IMG/VR virus record: IMGVR_UViG_3300001598_000033
Location: 64,001 to 128,000 of that record
Source: a virus
Taxonomy: Duplodnaviria > Caudoviricetes
Reading direction: 5' to 3' (one strand)
Length of the DNA stretch: 64,000 nt
Below are positions 1-9,912 of this stretch, one piece after another (position 1 is the first letter of the stretch; each line of letters begins with the position of its first letter). Below the pieces are notes generated by a model. That model saw nothing but the letters and a program-made list of their open reading frames with translations. It was not told where the DNA came from and did not search any database. The translations under genes and the position numbers were made by a program.

Positions 1-51
1 TCTATATATAATATATAAATATATATAAAAAAATATTAATTAAGGATAAAA

Positions 52-982
52 ATGAATTTTAGAGATTTTTTTAAACGAAGACTTTTCTTCAGATTTAAAT
101 GAAGGCTTTTCTTCAGAAATGCTTAAAAATGATATTATTAAAAAGAATACTAAGAAAATTGCTGAGGGTTTTGCAAATAATGATATTCCATTTCAGGATT
201 TAAATTTTACACAAGTCGTGCCAAAGGCTTCAATACCTGTACTCAATAGTAGATCTGGCTGGGGTGTAAAGTTCAAGAATGCGTTAAAGAAATATACAGA
301 AGAAGGCGTTGAGTTAGGGGAAGGTACTAATGTTGCATATGTATGCTTAACTAACAAAGGTAAAATATTCTACGGTGTATTTGCATATTATACAGGAGGA
401 TTTAAAGATTCTTGGTCGGAATCAATCTTACCTAAAAACGAAACATTTGAACAAGATGCTACTGTAGAAACATTATGGGTTGCACCTTGTACATGGGAGG
501 ATATGGGTAATCAAAGACGATCAAAAGCAGTAAGAGTAAAAAATAACGAATTTGTAGATCCACTTATCCAAAAGAATGAAAAGTTCAAGAAGAAATTAGA
601 TGCAAGTAACGCTTTAAGCCCATTTGCTAAAGAACTAAAACAAATGTGTATAAAAGCTGGTGCTGATATGTCTAAATTTAGATGTAGTTTAGATCATAAT
701 GGATATAATGATGATTATTTAAATCTTAACATACGTGTTGTTTTTAGACCTCGCGAAGACCATAAAAACCTCGATATAGTTTTAGACGGAGGTAGTATGA
801 GCGTGAAGGAAAATGAAATGGATAAAAATATTTTTATAACTAATAAATTTGGTGATGGTGCATATACGATATATCTTCAGGATATAGTTCAATATGGTGA
901 TAAAATTGTTAAAATGGCGAAAGAAGCAGTTAAGATTGAGAAATTTATAGCATCTCATAAATATTCTGATTTATTATCATAA
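52..982 (+). CDS. Probable capsid-internal protein; true start likely at 52, with a +1 frameshift in the T7 run at 66-72 (track ORF starts at 119)
   Basis: TATAAATA at 14-21, AAGGA RBS, ATG at 52. Removing one T gives MNFRDFLNEDFSSDLNEGFSSE in frame with the 119 ORF. Confidence 0.6.
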
Positions 983-1003
983 TTTAATTATATAATCAAA
1001 ATA

Positions 1004-1030
1004 AAAGCCTACTTTAAAAGTAGGCTTTAT
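1004..1030. terminator. Bidirectional intrinsic terminator
   Basis: AAAGCCTACTTT-AA-AAGTAGGCTTT inverted repeat between convergent genes. Confidence 0.75.
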
Positions 1031-1249
1031 TTTTAATGCAATTTTTTAAATAGTTCAATAGTTTTTTCAATCTCTATATTATAATAATCTATAAAAACTA
1101 ATTCTCCATCTTTAAAATATACATAATTAGCTGTATGGTAATAATCCATCTGGTACGTATGCACAAAATACATAATACCGTTATGTTCAAAATCCATATA
1201 GTACCCTCCATATCAGGAGGCACTATTTTATTTATAATTTAATCATTAG

Positions 1250-1582
1250 TTATTCGTACTCAGCGTCAAGCTTATCTATAAACTCATCCCAACTACCATT
1301 AAATTTACTAATTTGGTATTTACCTTCTACTTTACCATTATCATCAATATACACACAAGTGTCAAGCTCACTAGCTGTAAACTTATTAACATTCTTAGGA
1401 GTGTATACACCGAGCATGCCACCAGTAGTTGCAATACAACCATTAGTTAATGACCCGATAACTAATAATCCAATAGTCTCACCATATCTATCCTTATAAG
1501 TAGCGCAATCACCAGCTTTAAGGCCACTAGCTTCGTTTAATCTATTTGAACGAGATTCATTTAAGTATTCTGCAAATTTCAT
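1250..1582 (-). CDS. Hypothetical late protein with capsid-targeting-like N-terminus
   Basis: MKFAEYLNE...RLNE start; late promoter on minus strand at 1613-1620; GGAG RBS. Confidence 0.6.
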   Translation of the reverse strand: MKFAEYLNESRSNRLNEASGLKAGDCATYKDRYGETIGLLVIGSLTNGCIATTGGMLGVYTPKNVNKFTASELDTCVYIDDNGKVEGKYQISKFNGSWDEFIDKLDAEYE

Positions 1583-1623
1583 TTTTAACTCCTTTTTTTA
1601 TATATTTTTATATATTTATAAAA

Positions 1624-2151
1624 TTAACTATTTTTAGCTAGTTCTTTAATTAGTTCTGCAGTACTCTTAATGGTAGCACCATCATCAACTATTATATTAG
1701 TTACTTCCTTAGGACCTTGGTTATTCACCGATTGCGCTTTTGATAGGTTAAGTACTATTGAACTCATATCCCTATAACATTGTAGGTATAATTTCATATT
1801 TTCATTTATTACATTACACAGTGCCGAATAACCTTCTAAAAGCCTTGCATCTGGTTCCATTTCAATTTCCTGAGCCATGCTCTTAAGTAATTTTTTACCT
1901 GTACTTGAGCACTCAGCTAATGTTTCTCTTATGTACTTAACATCATCAATCATATTCTGTAGGTTCAGAACTTCTGCTAAGTTAACATTAGGTGAAGGTT
2001 TCTCAATTTCAGCAGTAACTAACTCTGAACTTTCATCGATAATATCTTCGGTTTCAACCAAAAGGTCATCGACGCAATCAACCTTACCCCTAAAGGCTTC
2101 TGTTATAGAGTTCATTTTTTGTACAAGTCTATCAGCACTATCTTTATCCAT
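1624..2151 (-). CDS. gp16: Terminase small subunit (T4 gp16-like)
   Basis: Helical D..YIRETL segment, EP.ARLLEGYS and C-terminal STAELIKEL typical of gp16; next to gp14 and gp20. Confidence 0.7.
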   Translation of the reverse strand: MDKDSADRLVQKMNSITEAFRGKVDCVDDLLVETEDIIDESSELVTAEIEKPSPNVNLAEVLNLQNMIDDVKYIRETLAECSSTGKKLLKSMAQEIEMEPDARLLEGYSALCNVINENMKLYLQCYRDMSSIVLNLSKAQSVNNQGPKEVTNIIVDDGATIKSTAELIKELAKNS

Positions 2152-2581
2152 CGTAGTACTCCCCTAACTCTTTATCTCTATATAATCCTAAAAGATATTT
2201 TTCTGATTCTTCTAGATCTTCATATATTAAATTTGGGTTATGGTTATGGTTATGGTCGTGTTTTCTTTGACTTCTTATATAATCAATAGTACATTTAAGT
2301 ATTTCATTTTCATCTGAATTAATATCATTATACTTAGAATCATTATCCAATACTTCTTGTGCATTATTCCTACAATCTTCTAAAAATGGAAATTCTGGAC
2401 ATATCCACCCTTCATTTAACCAAATATTAAAATGTACTGTATCCTTTATTTGGTCTACTATTTCATCATTTATAATAGTGCCAGGTTCTAATTTATAATC
2501 ATTATCCAACCATATACGTTGGATAACTCTATACTTAGTTTTACAACATTTACATTCACAATTCATTTTTTTACCACCCAA
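2144..2581 (-). CDS. Hypothetical protein
   Basis: ORF overlapping gp14 and gp16 in one operon. Confidence 0.55.
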   Translation of the reverse strand: MGGKKMNCECKCCKTKYRVIQRIWLDNDYKLEPGTIINDEIVDQIKDTVHFNIWLNEGWICPEFPFLEDCRNNAQEVLDNDSKYNDINSDENEILKCTIDYIRSQRKHDHNHNHNPNLIYEDLEESEKYLLGLYRDKELGEYYDG

Positions 2582-3311
2582 ATGGATCTAACTCATCTTT
2601 ATTAACAACTGATCTTTGAACTTTGAGATTGTTCGCATCATCACTTACTTTAGGTGAAGTTGTTACAGTTTGTGCTAAAGGCTTAACCTCAGCCTCATAA
2701 TCTTGTACTTCTTTGGTGTTAAGTAATGTCTCAAAGTAATTGTCTAAAGGATCATAATGTTCTTGGATATCATCTATTTCCTTAATTTCATTTTCATTTA
2801 CATCTAATGTATTAATAACATCACTGCCTACAATTTCATCATGTAATTTAAATTTGTATGTATTAAGGTTTAGTTTGAAAATGGATTTAGAATCACTGTA
2901 AGCCCATAGATTATTAATGCCGGGGTCTAGTACTTCAGCATTTGTAATTTCCATTACTTTGTTAGAAGGTAATATTATTAAACAAGACATTAACTCATTT
3001 ATACCAAATCCTAATTTCATACATTCTTGAGCGCTGATATGTACGGAAGCTGATTCTGAGTTAGAAAATCCAAATTCACCAAATGCAAATTCACCGAAGT
3101 CAAAATTTTCTGAATTGTCAGGTAAAATATGCACATCAAATATTTGCTTATTATCGGTTTTAATACTACTCCAATCGCCGAATACTTCTTTATCTAAATT
3201 TAGTTTTTCAGTTTTAAGTAATTTAACCTCAATTCCATAAAGTCTAATACATTCACAAGAAATGCTATTATGGAGTTTGTATTCATTTTTATGTGTAAAA
3301 TTGAAATTCAT
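2571..3311 (-). CDS. gp14: Neck/head-closure protein (gp14-like)
   Basis: ECIRLYGIEVKLLKTE, FGD, FGEFGF and C-terminal DPFG motifs. Confidence 0.8.
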   Translation of the reverse strand: MNFNFTHKNEYKLHNSISCECIRLYGIEVKLLKTEKLNLDKEVFGDWSSIKTDNKQIFDVHILPDNSENFDFGEFAFGEFGFSNSESASVHISAQECMKLGFGINELMSCLIILPSNKVMEITNAEVLDPGINNLWAYSDSKSIFKLNLNTYKFKLHDEIVGSDVINTLDVNENEIKEIDDIQEHYDPLDNYFETLLNTKEVQDYEAEVKPLAQTVTTSPKVSDDANNLKVQRSVVNKDELDPFGW

Positions 3312-3333
3312 ATAAAATCCTTTATTTAATATA

Positions 3334-3345
3334 TATTTATAAATA
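3334..3345. promoter_or_regulatory. Overlapping divergent T4-type late promoters
   Basis: Palindrome TATTTATAAATA between divergent gp14 and gp20. Confidence 0.7.
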
Positions 3346-3374
3346 ATAATATTATTAATGATTAAGGATATAAA

Positions 3375-5150
3375 ATGGCTTTAATAACTGAGATGGTTAA
3401 AAATTTCTTTGCTCCTCATAATAATGATAATTCGAAAAAGTCATCCATTGTTAATCCTGAACAAGTATTAAACAATCTATCTGATGATGCAGGTCCTAAT
3501 AGATTTAATGACTTTTTTGATTACCAAAATGAAGTAGGAACATTTGCTGATTTTAACTTAGATGATATAATAGCTAAGCAATCTTCAAAAATAAATTCAT
3601 ATAGACAATGTGCTATGCAAGCTGAAGTAGCTAATGCTATAGACATTATAACTAATGAAATAATGTTTAGTTATGAGGGATTTCCTTTAAAACTTAAATT
3701 TAACGAAACTAATGAAAAAATGCAAAAGACTTTTGAGAAAGCGTTTGAAAAGATTATTAGATTAGGTAAATTTAATAAAAACTTATTTGATTTTGTTAGA
3801 AGATCATATATAGATGGCCAAATGATAGTTCATTGTGAGTTTGATGCTAAATCCACACATAAAGGTATAAAGGCATTAAGAATGATAGACCCTATGGGAT
3901 TTTATTTTGATGCAGAAGATCAAATGTGGAAATACTCTAAGTATTCATCCAATAATCAAACTATGTATTTTAAAGATAGTACATCTAAGGAAAGATACAG
4001 CCCTGAAGAAATAGCTAGATGTGATTTTGGTATATGGCAAGATCACTTATGTTTAAGTTATTTAGAATATGCAATCAAGATCGCTAATATGTTAAAATGC
4101 TTAGAGGATTTATTAGTACCTTTAAGATTCTCTCGTAGTATTTCAAGACGTGTATTTAATGTAGATATTGGTGACTTACCTCAACACAGAGGTGCAGAAT
4201 ACATGAAAAGTATTCAAGAAGCATTTAAGTATAAAAAATTCTACAATAATGAAACAGGTGAAATTTCTAATCAACAACATATCACAAGTATGGTGGAAGA
4301 TTATTGGTTCGCTAATAGATCTGGAGGTAAAGGTACCACTGTAGATTTATTAGATGAAACTGGTAATTTAGGTGAATTAACTGATATTCTTTATTATAAT
4401 AAGAAATTATACAGAGCATTACATATACCAACCTCACATTTGGATATAGATCCAGATGCCGATCATTCATTTAATATGGAACCTTCAGATACAACACAAG
4501 AAGATTTAAAGTTTATGTGCTTTATATCAAGAATAAGAAAGGTGTATAGTGAGTTCTTCAAAGAATTGTTAAAAAGAGAGATTATATCAACTGGTGTAAT
4601 GAAGGAAAAGGAATGGAAGCAAAAGGAAGATGATATTGAGATTATATTTACTAATGAGAACTTATTTATTGAAAGAATGAAATTAGCACAATTAACTAAC
4701 AAAATTGATATATGGAATAATGTTAAAGATTGTGGTGGTGCAGTATTATCTTTTAAGCAATTTATGACTCAGATTTTTGGATTTACAGATCAAGAAATTC
4801 AAGATAATATGAAGTTGATTAAGATTGAATTAGCAGATCCTGCATTTAGAAAATTATATGAAGATGCTGGTTTTATGTTTACTGATGAAGCATTGGATAT
4901 GATGAATGTAGATATTAAGGATTTAGATAATATTGAAAATGGTAATCGTATAATGGCTAAGGATATGGATGATCCAAATTCTGATATGTATGGTAGTAAT
5001 GAAATTGAAAATGACCCAGATTTAGAGAAGGTAAAATCATTTGATGGTATTATTAAAGCTTTAGATGTAGAAACTGATGAAACTGATGAACCCGAAGATG
5101 AAGAAGGCGAGGAAACAGAAGAAGATTCTGAGGATGAAAAAGAAAAATAA
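3375..5150 (+). CDS. gp20: Portal protein
   Basis: RRVFNVDIGDLP, SMVEDYWF.R.GGKGT, LYRALHIP motifs; acidic C-terminal tail. Confidence 0.95.
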   Translation: MALITEMVKNFFAPHNNDNSKKSSIVNPEQVLNNLSDDAGPNRFNDFFDYQNEVGTFADFNLDDIIAKQSSKINSYRQCAMQAEVANAIDIITNEIMFSYEGFPLKLKFNETNEKMQKTFEKAFEKIIRLGKFNKNLFDFVRRSYIDGQMIVHCEFDAKSTHKGIKALRMIDPMGFYFDAEDQMWKYSKYSSNNQTMYFKDSTSKERYSPEEIARCDFGIWQDHLCLSYLEYAIKIANMLKCLEDLLVPLRFSRSISRRVFNVDIGDLPQHRGAEYMKSIQEAFKYKKFYNNETGEISNQQHITSMVEDYWFANRSGGKGTTVDLLDETGNLGELTDILYYNKKLYRALHIPTSHLDIDPDADHSFNMEPSDTTQEDLKFMCFISRIRKVYSEFFKELLKREIISTGVMKEKEWKQKEDDIEIIFTNENLFIERMKLAQLTNKIDIWNNVKDCGGAVLSFKQFMTQIFGFTDQEIQDNMKLIKIELADPAFRKLYEDAGFMFTDEALDMMNVDIKDLDNIENGNRIMAKDMDDPNSDMYGSNEIENDPDLEKVKSFDGIIKALDVETDETDEPEDEEGEETEEDSEDEKEK

Positions 5151-5167
5151 AATTTAATTTTTTTTTT

Positions 5168-5193
5168 AAAATACCCGAAAGGGTATTTTTTTT
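5168..5193. terminator. Intrinsic terminator with GAAA loop
   Basis: AAAATACCC-GAAA-GGGTATTTT followed by T-tract. Confidence 0.8.
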
Positions 5194-5322
5194 GATTTCT
5201 TATATAATATTAATATATTAATAAAAAATATTAATTACACAATTATAATCACACCATTTTAAACTCTATCTAAAATATAAATATAATAAATTATTTTCAA
5301 TTAACTCAATAGGAGAAATTAA

Positions 5323-7728
5323 ATGGCAGAAATGGTTAACCCTGGTGTTTTCATTTCAGAAACAGACTTAAGTCTTATCGCTACAAATGATTCCCAGACA
5401 ACAACAGTTTTCGCAGGTGATTTCGTTAAGGGACCATTAGAAAAATACGTTCAAATTACTTCCGTAGATGAACTTATTGAAACTTTCGGTAAACCAAATA
5501 ACGATAATTATAATGATTGGTACCAAGCATATAACTTTTTACAATATGCATCAAACCTTTTAGTAGCTCGTGCTTGTAACATTAATGGTAATTTAACAGA
5601 CACTACATCTAAATTCTTAGATTTAGATTCATTGGATGGTTATGGTATCCAAGAATGGGGTGCTAGTACTTATGGTATTGCATCTGATGTAGAATGGGTA
5701 TTTACATCTGTTAACCCTAACCTTAAGAAGGGTGATATCATTGTATTTGGTAATGATACTTCTGCAATGATTAATACTAAATATCCTAAGTTCTTAGTTA
5801 TTGATGTAAATGAAGGCGAACGCTTAAATGATGGTGTTTCAGAACATGTTTATGGTATCCTTTTAGACCGCTCACCTAAGAAACTTGTAAATGGTAGTGT
5901 AGTGGATGTAGAAGCTAATGACCCTATTTACCGAATTGATATTTCATTAAATGGTGTTGCTGAAGCTGTTAGTTACGAATTAACTACTAAGATTAACCCT
6001 GATTGGAAGCAAGTAAAATCAGCAAATGGTAAAATTTACAAGGCAAATATTGATGTTCCTAATTTCTTAGATGGTACTTCTTATTACAACCCAGAATTAA
6101 AGAATAGTGTTGTAACTAAAGTGGATGTTGATACTGGTGAATATGTAAATGAAACAATCCCTTATTTTGAAGTAAATGTACCTGAAAAGTCTGATGAAGC
6201 ATTCTTATTTGAAAATAATATCCAGATTAAGAACGATGATCATTTTGATTTAATCAACCCAGTTATTAAAATGTCTTTAGCTACTTCTAAGTTAAAGTTC
6301 TTTAGTAAGACACCTGGTACTGAAGATGCTAAATACAAGATTTGTATTGCTTTACCTAGCGACTTTGCAGTGAATGATACAAGATTTATTGGTAATCATT
6401 GTTCAAGATATGCTTTTGAAGGTATTACATTAGATGGTTTGTTTGAATATGTACCTCAGTTAGGTAGTGCTCAGATTGCTGTAGTTGTGTTAGATGGTAT
6501 TGAAGGTGAAGTTAAGGAAACATTCTTATGTTCTTTAGATCCTACAGAAGTTGATTCATATAACAATTCAATGTACGTAGAAGATGTGATTAACCGCAAT
6601 TCTAAGTTAGTATACGTTAAGGATAATATTGCCGTACCTGCTTTATTAACAACTGTAGAAACAATATATAAGGTAGATGGTACACCTGAAGTTATCGGTC
6701 AAGATGCTGATGGTAATGATGTTTACAGAACAAGAACTGTAAAGGTGCCTAATATTGCTTCTTATACATTGGTATATGATTCTGTAAATAATAAATACTA
6801 CGGTAGAACATTAGAATTTAGTTGCTCTCATGACTCTGGTATTCAGGAAGATGATTTAATTGATGCATATGAATTATTCAATAATAAAGAAGATTTAGAT
6901 GTTGATTATATTATAGGTAATGAATTAGATAATGGTTCAAGTGCTTTAAGTTTAGCAGAGTTCCGTCAAGATTGTATTGCTTATATCGGTATTCCTAAGG
7001 AATATAAGAATAAGTCAGTATGTATTGGTGAAAGAACTAATAATGCTACAACAAATATTGTTAAGTTCAGAAACTCAGTAAATTACAATACAATGTGGTG
7101 TGCGTTACATGGTAATTACAAGTACCAATATGACCGTTATAACGATACTTACAGATGGATCAATATTGCAGGCGACTGTGCGGGTTTAAGAGCTAAGTGT
7201 ACTGTTGAAAATGATGCTTGGTGGGCAAGTGCTGGTTTGGATAGAGGCCAAATCAAGAATGTTATTAAGTTAGCATATGCACCTAACCAAACACAAAGAG
7301 GAACACTATATACTAATGGTGTAAACCCTGTTGTTACATTCCCAGGTGAAGGTACAGTACTTTGGGGTCAAAAGACAATGTTATCTAAGAGTTCTTCATT
7401 TAACAGAATTAACATTCGTTGTTTATTCAATACAATTGAAAGAGCTTTAGCTGAAATGTCTCGTTACTCAGTATTTGAATTTAACGATTCATTTACTAGA
7501 AATAAGGTTGTTTCAACAATTAAACCTTACTTAGCGCAAGTACAAGCAGGTCGTGGTATCCAAGACTTCAAGGTAGTATGTGATACTTCTAACAACACAG
7601 CACAAATTATTGCTGAGAATAAGTTAGTGGTAGATATTTACATTAAGCCAACTTATGTAGCTGAGTTTATCCACTTACGCTTCTTCAATGTTGGTACTAA
7701 CGATTTTAGCACAGTTGTTACTGAATAA
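5323..7728 (+). CDS. gp18: Contractile tail sheath protein with large insertion
   Basis: PGVFISETD, FGKP.NDNY, WWASAGLDRG, LWGQKT, FNRINIR.LF, IYIKP motifs. Confidence 0.95.
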   Translation: MAEMVNPGVFISETDLSLIATNDSQTTTVFAGDFVKGPLEKYVQITSVDELIETFGKPNNDNYNDWYQAYNFLQYASNLLVARACNINGNLTDTTSKFLDLDSLDGYGIQEWGASTYGIASDVEWVFTSVNPNLKKGDIIVFGNDTSAMINTKYPKFLVIDVNEGERLNDGVSEHVYGILLDRSPKKLVNGSVVDVEANDPIYRIDISLNGVAEAVSYELTTKINPDWKQVKSANGKIYKANIDVPNFLDGTSYYNPELKNSVVTKVDVDTGEYVNETIPYFEVNVPEKSDEAFLFENNIQIKNDDHFDLINPVIKMSLATSKLKFFSKTPGTEDAKYKICIALPSDFAVNDTRFIGNHCSRYAFEGITLDGLFEYVPQLGSAQIAVVVLDGIEGEVKETFLCSLDPTEVDSYNNSMYVEDVINRNSKLVYVKDNIAVPALLTTVETIYKVDGTPEVIGQDADGNDVYRTRTVKVPNIASYTLVYDSVNNKYYGRTLEFSCSHDSGIQEDDLIDAYELFNNKEDLDVDYIIGNELDNGSSALSLAEFRQDCIAYIGIPKEYKNKSVCIGERTNNATTNIVKFRNSVNYNTMWCALHGNYKYQYDRYNDTYRWINIAGDCAGLRAKCTVENDAWWASAGLDRGQIKNVIKLAYAPNQTQRGTLYTNGVNPVVTFPGEGTVLWGQKTMLSKSSSFNRINIRCLFNTIERALAEMSRYSVFEFNDSFTRNKVVSTIKPYLAQVQAGRGIQDFKVVCDTSNNTAQIIAENKLVVDIYIKPTYVAEFIHLRFFNVGTNDFSTVVTE

Positions 7729-7750
7729 TCTGTTTAGATTCTAAATTCTC

Positions 7751-7780
7751 AAAATCCTATCGAAAGATAGGATTTTTTTT
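7751..7780. terminator. Intrinsic terminator, core identical to 45463-45491
   Basis: AATCCTATC-GAAA-GATAGGATT followed by T-tract. Confidence 0.85.
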
Positions 7781-7844
7781 GTTTATATTAATATTTTTTT
7801 ATTAATATTATTAATATTATTATATAAGAAATTGAAAAAAAATC

Positions 7845-7925
7845 TAAAAAAGTGTTGACTTTTATTTTAAAGTATGTTATAATATATACATAAAGATAAG
7901 AAATTAAAGAGAAACTTAAGAGGTA
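7845..7925 (+). promoter_or_regulatory. Repeated sigma70-type early promoter/leader/RBS unit, copy 1
   Basis: TTGACT(7855)-17 bp-TATAAT(7878), A-tract upstream, conserved leader ATATACATAAAGATAAG...AAGAGGTA. Confidence 0.85.
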
Positions 7926-8197
7926 ATGAAAATGTTAGAATTAGTTTTTGATGGTGTTGAAGGTGAAGTTTCAGTTCGTGTAGAAGTTCCTCAAGACGTG
8001 CAGGAACATTATTCAGGCTTCTATGTAGAAGAAGGTCATTTATATGTATCTTTTGAAGTAAATGATTTGGTTGAAGTATGGGATGATGGATTCTCTCATG
8101 CTCTCATGAAGAATATGCTACAGTAATATCTTACGATTGTGGTGAAGGATTTGAATACCTAGAAGGTCTTGAACCTTACTACCATTTAGAATTTTAA
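7926..8197 (+). pseudogene. Small early gene frameshifted by an 8-bp tandem duplication
   Basis: CTCTCATG twice at 8093-8108; removing one copy extends the frame ...DDGFSHEEYATVISYDCGEGFEYLEGLEPYYHLEF* to 8197. Confidence 0.6.
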
Positions 8198-8280
8198 AAA
8201 CTTCTTTAATTTTATTTTAAAGTATAATTATAAAATTTTGATTTAATACTAATTTAAAAGGAATTTAAAAGGATTACAAT

Positions 8281-8586
8281 ATGTTTATAACAGCAAAAAC
8301 TTCGATTGATTTGAAATATGCATTGAATTTATTTAAGACAAATTTAGGTAAGGCTAGAGTAGTTAAAAAGGATGGTAGAACTGTAATGTTGATTAGTGGT
8401 AATAAGCATATTGGTACAATTATAGTACAAAGAGATAAAGCAAGTATCATTAATATTGATAATATGTCTTTCACTTGCATTAAAGCTTATCAACCAAAAA
8501 CTTATTCAGCAGTGGGAAATATTTTTAAACAAATCCTTGCTAAGTTCGAATTTAATAACCCACTGCTTGCAAATGATATTGACTAA
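8281..8586 (+). CDS. Hypothetical protein
   Basis: ORF with AAGGA RBS. Confidence 0.6.
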   Translation: MFITAKTSIDLKYALNLFKTNLGKARVVKKDGRTVMLISGNKHIGTIIVQRDKASIINIDNMSFTCIKAYQPKTYSAVGNIFKQILAKFEFNNPLLANDID

Positions 8587-9482
8587 AGAGTTTTCTTAAA
8601 CTCTGATTTTAGAAATGAGGGAATGTAGATTTTGTTAGTTCCATTAGTACTACAAGGCTTAGAACCATCTGCAAAATCGTTAATATCATACATATTTAAA
8701 CAACGTATAATATCAAACATTCCTTTATATTCATTCATATAAATCATTTTAGCGATTCCTTCTATAGTAAAAGATGGGTCCAGTTTATATTCCGCATTTT
8801 CACCATATCGTTCTTCGATTATATCACCATTAATGGTTCGTATACACACCTTATATTTTTTAGGGGTAGTATCTATAATAACACTATGATCATCCTTTGG
8901 ATTACCTCTATCCTCAAAAGTCTCTATCATTGCAGGAATTTCCCAAAAGTAATTTTCCATATCTTCAATAGCACTTTTTACATTTTGTATCTCTGTAGCT
9001 CTTTTAGTGGCTATATAATCACACCAACCAACTCGATCAGTTCCAGCGTAAGATGAATTATATCCTATATAATCATTCACTATTACAACATAATTGTTAG
9101 AGGATACTATTCTCCATGCATTATTGAAATCAATATCAGATGTATTCATTATACTTTCAAAACTAAAACAATTATTAGTGGTTAATAACCTAAAATCATT
9201 TACAAAATATAACTGTGGTAAATCAGGTATAGTAATCCCTAGGTATTCATCATTCTCACATTCCTGTATTTTATTATTACTAAACCACATATATGTCTGA
9301 ATAAACTCCTCAAACTTTTTAGCTAATTCATTTTTATTAGCGTCTAAATACGCTGACATTACAGTTTTAACTTTATTAACTTGAGTTGACATTTGAGTGT
9401 GAAATGTACTATCTTTTTTTAATTTACTATATTCCAATAAACTGTCTAACTTATTACAAACTTCAGCATATGTATATATCAT
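8583..9482 (-). CDS. Hypothetical late protein, possible C-terminal LysM/gp53-like motif
   Basis: Late promoter on minus strand at 9509-9516; C-terminal IEGIAKMIY...IIRCLN...KIYIPS. Confidence 0.5.
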   Translation of the reverse strand: MIYTYAEVCNKLDSLLEYSKLKKDSTFHTQMSTQVNKVKTVMSAYLDANKNELAKKFEEFIQTYMWFSNNKIQECENDEYLGITIPDLPQLYFVNDFRLLTTNNCFSFESIMNTSDIDFNNAWRIVSSNNYVVIVNDYIGYNSSYAGTDRVGWCDYIATKRATEIQNVKSAIEDMENYFWEIPAMIETFEDRGNPKDDHSVIIDTTPKKYKVCIRTINGDIIEERYGENAEYKLDPSFTIEGIAKMIYMNEYKGMFDIIRCLNMYDINDFADGSKPCSTNGTNKIYIPSFLKSEFKKTL

Positions 9483-9537
9483 TTTTTAGTACCTTTTTAT
9501 AAATATATTATTTATAGAATAAAATAAGGAGATTGCT

Positions 9538-9834
9538 ATGCCTTATATAGGTGATGATGCGATGGAAACCCTTGACATATTTATGACTTCAATTGGTCGA
9601 AAAGGTGCGTGGGAATTACTCAAAAAGAAATTAAGTAGTTTAGATGATTGCCAAAACGATGGTTGTGCTGAAGCAATTACGCAAACTAAAATTAATAAGG
9701 ACAACATAGCTACTAACTCAGGTAATATAGCTGAATTAAAGAATACGGTGAATAATTTGAATAATTTGGTTATTGAAGGTATTGATAAAGCTGATCCTGA
9801 TGATGTGGATGATTGGTTTAACGATAATGAATAA
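9538..9834 (+). CDS. Short fibre-associated coiled-coil protein
   Basis: NI..N...I heptads; C-terminal DVDDWF shared with the next gene. Confidence 0.5.
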   Translation: MPYIGDDAMETLDIFMTSIGRKGAWELLKKKLSSLDDCQNDGCAEAITQTKINKDNIATNSGNIAELKNTVNNLNNLVIEGIDKADPDDVDDWFNDNE

Positions 9835-9912
9835 TTACTCATTTTTTATAAATAAAATAGTATAATAAATTTTTTTTATTATAACAAACATAAATAGAGA
9901 GGAAAAAAATTT

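Noticed and set aside
1033-1211. About 58-codon minus-strand ORF
   Set aside because: The apparent RBS points to a different, short frame, and there is no recognisable motif
8127-8200. tRNA-like GC-richer stretch
   Set aside because: No cloverleaf; it is the frameshifted 3' part of the upstream gene. No tRNA or rRNA was recognised in the window
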